Of a DNA stretch of 64,000 bases, positions 1 through 64,000 are shown in pieces. Source of the DNA: Felis catus. Its lineage: Eukaryota. Positions within the stretch are counted from its first letter, which is position 1. The number at the start of each line of letters is the position of its first letter. The notes beneath the pieces were generated by a model. It was not told where the DNA came from. It was given only the letters and a program-made list of their open reading frames with translations, and searched no databases. The stretch is from positions 5,272,001-5,336,000 of the forward strand of contig NC_058383.1 in the NCBI RefSeq assembly GCF_018350175.1, written 5' to 3'. The position numbers and the translations under genes were made by a program.

Positions 1-2442
1 AATGCTTAACCGACTGAACCACCTAAGCGCCCTTGCAATTATTATTTTGTTACTAGCATCAAAAAACCTCTGCGACCTATGCTGTGTTGTTTTCAATGTT
101 CATGAGAAGACATGTAGACATACACATATATACGTATCCTTGGGCACATCTGGAAGTGTCTAAAGAAAACCTCAATGGAGATTAAATTACTGGATCTTGG
201 GTATGCGTCATTTGACTTTACTCAATATCACTGAATAGCTCTTTAGTGATGTATGATAGCTCCTTTTCCTCCACATCCCCAACCACACTTGGTATGAAAG
301 ACTAATTTTGCAAAAATGACACTTTGAAATGATTTTGTTTAATTTGCCTTTACCTGCCCCTGGTGAAAGTTGTGTGTCTTTTTCTATGTTTATTGGCAAT
401 TTGGGCTCCTGTCCAGTTAATTGCATATTTAATATTGCATGTTCATATGCTATATCATGTTTCTATTTTTTAATTTATAGGCAGCCCAGATATATTCTGG
501 ACACGGAATGAAGGTTGACCCTCATGTTTTAGATGATGGACAAATGGATGGATTGTGTGCTACCTAAATGAATGAAGAGAGGTAGTGGGAAACAAATTTT
601 AGGAGAAATATCAAGAGTTTGCTTTCAGAAATTTGAGATGCTTTCGAGTCGTCCAAGAGACAAAGTCTGTGCTGCAGAGATACATTTGGGAGTTGTCAGC
701 CCACAGATAGTATGCAAAGTGATAGCCATGCATGTGGTTATCTCCTGAGAGAATGTGGGGTGACATGACAAGAGCAGAATTATGCTTTTGGAGGGGAGAG
801 TCCAGAAACTGATACTGAGATCGAGGGCTAGTAAGATAGAGAAAAACTCGAATTTTTCTAGAAAAACTAGATATCATGGAAGATAAGAGAGGAATGTGCT
901 CCTGCCTAACCCCCCATTTTTGTAATGGCTGCATCAGGTTTCATTGCAAGGGTGTACCATAACTGCTCTTCTTCTTGGAATTTGGATTTATGCCAGTGCT
1001 TTTCTATTATAAACTACACTTTGATGAACACTCTTATAGATTTATCTTTTTTCACCACTCTGATTATTTCCTTTGTATATACTCCTGCATGTAGGTTTAA
1101 GAGTATGCCTATTTAAAACTTTTCACTGTAAGTTGAACATGGTCTTCTAGAAATGTTGCTTTCATTTATATTGCTACCTGAATGGGTTTGCTGTTTTCTC
1201 CATTCTGGTGGTGGTGGAAAGTGGCAAGAACTCAATATTGCATACCAACTTTTTGATTGGTTGTAAAGTGTGCCATTGTAAGTGACTCAGTCAATTACAC
1301 TGTCTTCTAGTCTATAACTAGTGTTGCGATTATTAAAGTTTAGCTGGATCATTTTGCTCATTTTTAATCTGTTCCTTAGAATAAATTTCTGAAAGCAGAA
1401 TTGATGAGTCTAAAGTATTTGTATTTTTAAATTTGTGGATACATGTAGATAAATCAACAGGGCATGGAAAGAGGCATCCCTAATCTTTGGTGGGAGTTAT
1501 TTGAAGAACCATATCCAAATTGCTTCTATCAGGTTGAATGCATCCTGTATGACTTTGTAAGAAAACTGTGCTCAAAATTCTTAAGCAATACCACTTTTAC
1601 ACATTGCACTGGGGTTGAGACTCAAAATCTGAAAGGCGTTTTATTCCAACTGCATAATCTGATCTGAGAGCCAAAAACAAAAATTATTTCCAGCAGCATT
1701 GTGTTGGCAACCAAGTCATCAGAGACATCTCCAGAGGGCAGAGGATTTTTGAAGTTAAAAGCTTCAAATCACAGTCAATGCAGTGTGGCCGTGGGATCAC
1801 TTGGAAAAGGCAGCCTCAGGTTTGAAAGTATTTCCGTTGAAAGTTCAGTCTCAAAAGCAGCGAAATTTTTGCTAGGTTGGATTCAGTTTGGCATTTCCCT
1901 TTTTTGTTGTTGGTCTAACGGTTGACCAAAATAGGTTCAGTTCTTGTTGAGATAGGTCTTGTAGATGCTTTTGATTTTTTTTTTTTAAACACATGGCAAA
2001 TAGTATTGCATCCGCATTAAGTATGTATTTGGATTAGAATCTGCAGACACAGGATTCTTACACTAGCATCCGAGTCTTGGGGTGAGATGTCAACACCCTG
2101 ACTTGTGTGCGGGTACTAAGGTCTCCAGGGCGGCCGGGAACACAGGTGGAGTACCCCCGGCGTAGCGAGAACCCAGCACCCACAACCTATGGACCTCCGC
2201 GCGAGGACCAGCCCACTAGGGCGCCTGCGCCAGACCAGCCCATCCTTTCCCCGAGGAAAAGGGGAAGGGCGGAGCCTGAGGTAGGACCCGCCCGCGCTGG
2301 CGGCGCGCGGGAGGCCGGGGCGGGTCTTCCGTCTTGCGACGGGCTACTTCCGGATCCGGTGGCGGAGGCTGGTGCGGAGTGAGGCGGTGTGGTGCTAGCT
2401 GGCTGGCGGGCGGGCTGGGCAGCTGCCCGCGCGCTGCGGGCG

Positions 2443-34102
<31,660 letters not shown>

Positions 34103-34187
34103 TCCTTCAGTCAACTGGAATGTAAATTTTTAGTCTTTATTAGGGTATGGATGGTATACTTGTATTTAGTGAACCTGTACAAGACTT

Positions 34188-34193
34188 ATTAAA
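34188..34193 (+). terminator. Possible proximal poly(A) signal of EIF2AK1 (ATTAAA)
   Basis: ATTAAA 85 nt after the stop, preceded by TGTA elements. Confidence 0.35.
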
Positions 34194-34943
34194 GTTGTAG
34201 AAGTTCCCCCAAACTGCTTTTCCTTAAGGCATCCTTCCACAAGCCAGCATTGTGGACTGAAGCCTTCTCTAAACTAAACCTATTTTCTTACCCTTGTCCT
34301 TGTCTATGAGTTCCTGATTTTTAATATCACGGTCTCTCCAGTCTCTGAAAGCAGAGATTTAGACACCGGGCTCAATTTGTTCTCCTTTGAGCTCTGCCTG
34401 TCGACCACCAAGCCCTCCTCTGGAACATTCTGCACAGATCTGGGTTTGTGCCTATCCCATCACCGCCCATGCTCAGGCCTGCATGCTCGCTGGACTTGAT
34501 CGCTGCCGGTCTTCCGTGCCATTGCCACCAGTTAATTACCAGGAAGACGTCTGCGCAGATCACTCCCTGGCTCAGAAGCTCCTGCTGGCTGTCTGCTGCA
34601 TCTGAGACACAACTTCAGCTTCTTAGCAGCACAGTGTGCATCATCCAGCCTTTCTGTTCCCTTCACCTTCAGCTCGGCATCCTTCCAAAACCACGCCCTT
34701 CTTGAGCTTTGTGCCTCTTTCCCCAAATGATCTGAGTGATCTCACGGTAGCTCTGGGATGTGTGTTCCTGTTCTCCTCCCCGCCCTGTTCCCACGGGGCG
34801 CTCCTTTGCTCCCACAGGGCCGGCTCCCAGCCAACCTATGTTCCCCAAAGGCAGCCATGGGATATGTTCACTGCATCTCAGAAATGTCTGCCACGTAGCC
34901 TGCAGCCATCCTGGTATATTGCACACAATGTTGCTGAGTTTTA

Positions 34944-34949
34944 AATAAA
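34944..34949 (+). terminator. Probable main poly(A) signal of EIF2AK1
   Basis: First AATAAA seen downstream of the stop codon. Confidence 0.7.
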
Positions 34950-34973
34950 AGGAAAACCATAAATTATGATACC

Positions 34974-34979
34974 TTTATT
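34974..34979 (-). terminator. Probable poly(A) signal of AIMP2
   Basis: AATAAA on minus strand 110 nt after the AIMP2 stop. Confidence 0.75.
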
Positions 34980-35089
34980 CATTCTAGACAACTGAGCTAA
35001 GCAGACTTTGATTTTAGTACAAGTCCTTTACCCCCAACAGGCAGGAAACAGCACCATTCATGAAGTCAGCCTTTGACAGGTACCGAAAT

Positions 35090-42886
<7,797 letters not shown>

Positions 42887-43231
42887 CGTGGGAACCAAAG
42901 GACGGAAAGTGGCAGATGAGGGACACGAACGCTGAGAAACCGTCCGAGACGACGACAGACTGCGGCCACGTCCTTTCCGATCCGGCTGCGGCCTTTCGGG
43001 AAAGCGCAGTCCGTATGGTCTAATTGGCCCGCGCCCTCTTACGTCACGGCCTCGACCTTTTACACAACCAATCAGCAAGAAGGAGGTGTGGGAATCGTCG
43101 GCGGCCCCATCCGGAAGGGGCGGGACACAGTGTCGGAAGCGGCCAATGGGCAGCCGGGAGGCCGAGCCTCCGTGGGAGCGGCGGCGGCGGGAACTGTCCC
43201 GAGTCCCGGAGGTGGGTCACTTTCTGGATCC

Positions 43232-63163
<19,932 letters not shown>

Positions 63164-63618
63164 TAAGTTCTTTCTGGTGTTCAGAATCTTCAGTGTTCTT
63201 GCACCCCTAAGGCTTAAGACCCGAGAGCGTATACGTACGTGTGTGTGTGTGTGTGTGTCTCTTTTTTAGCCACAAGCGTCCCTGTGGCCGATTTTTATGC
63301 TTGTCACACAGCAGTCGTCACTGCCATCTCTTGAGTCCTTACTCTGTGCCAGGCACTGTTGAAACCATTGGCACGCGTTAATTCATTTAGTCTTCCCCAA
63401 CCTACAAAGTGGCTGCTGTTACCATCAGCACTTCACAGGTGATAAAATGGAGGCTCCCGGACGCAGAGGTTAGGTGACTTTCCCAAGTTCACACAGCTAA
63501 TGTTCTTTATTTATCAAGCCCTTTACCTCTTCCGGTTGGCCAGAAAAATCTGTCTGACGAAGGCCAGTTTATAGTACGTAACGTGTCTGTTTATAGCACA
63601 TAGAACTTAGGTGTGCCA

Positions 63619-63847
63619 GGGGCGCCTGGGTGGCGCAGTCGGTTAAGCGTCCGACTTCAGCCAGGTCACGATCTCGCGGTCCGTGAGTTCGAGCCCCGCG
63701 TCGGGCTCTGGGCTGATGGCTCGGAGCCTGGAGCCTGCTTCTGATTCTGTGTCTCCCTCTCTCTCTGCCCCTCCCCCGTTCATGCTCTGTCTCTCTCTGT
63801 CCCAAAAATAAATAAACGTTGAAAAAAAAAAATTAAAAAAAAAAAAA
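63619..63847 (+). mobile_element. Young feline-type Can-SINE
   Basis: TSD AGAACTTAGGTGTGC 63602-63616/63848-63862. Confidence 0.9.
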
Positions 63848-64000
63848 AGAACTTAGGTGTGCAGAAGGGTGGCGCTGCCTGTCTGTCTGTCCTCAGCTAG
63901 CATAGATCAAGTTCAGTGATTGGTCACCACAGAGCTTGGTATTTGTCTCTCCTTTGCCAACGCCTGTTTTAGGCTGACCGCTTTACAAGGTGGTGGGATG

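Overview
Mammalian genomic DNA, most likely from a felid: it carries about 50 carnivore Can-SINEs, including a young feline-type subfamily. The window holds the conserved EIF2AK1-ANKRD61-AIMP2-PMS2 cluster. (1) EIF2AK1/HRI is complete on + (15 coding exons, 2443-34102, 641 aa). (2) ANKRD61 is complete on - (3 exons, 26497-22703, 419 aa) and nested antisense in EIF2AK1 intron 11. (3) AIMP2/JTV1 is complete on - (4 exons, 42886-35090, 320 aa) and lies tail-to-tail with EIF2AK1. (4) PMS2 exons 1-12 are on + (43232-63162, gene continues past the window), head-to-head with AIMP2 across a 345-bp bidirectional CpG-island promoter. All exons were assembled by hand from GT-AG boundaries and join in frame with no lesions. 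I see no wholly new biological system. The best leads are a SOCS-box-like C-terminus on the poorly studied ANKRD61, a perfect 44-bp duplication beside the AIMP2 'DX2' exon, SINE insertions that hit PMS2 splice donors, a double-tailed SINE, and an extended HRI C-terminus. Repeat family names and comparisons with human proteins are from memory and need database confirmation.
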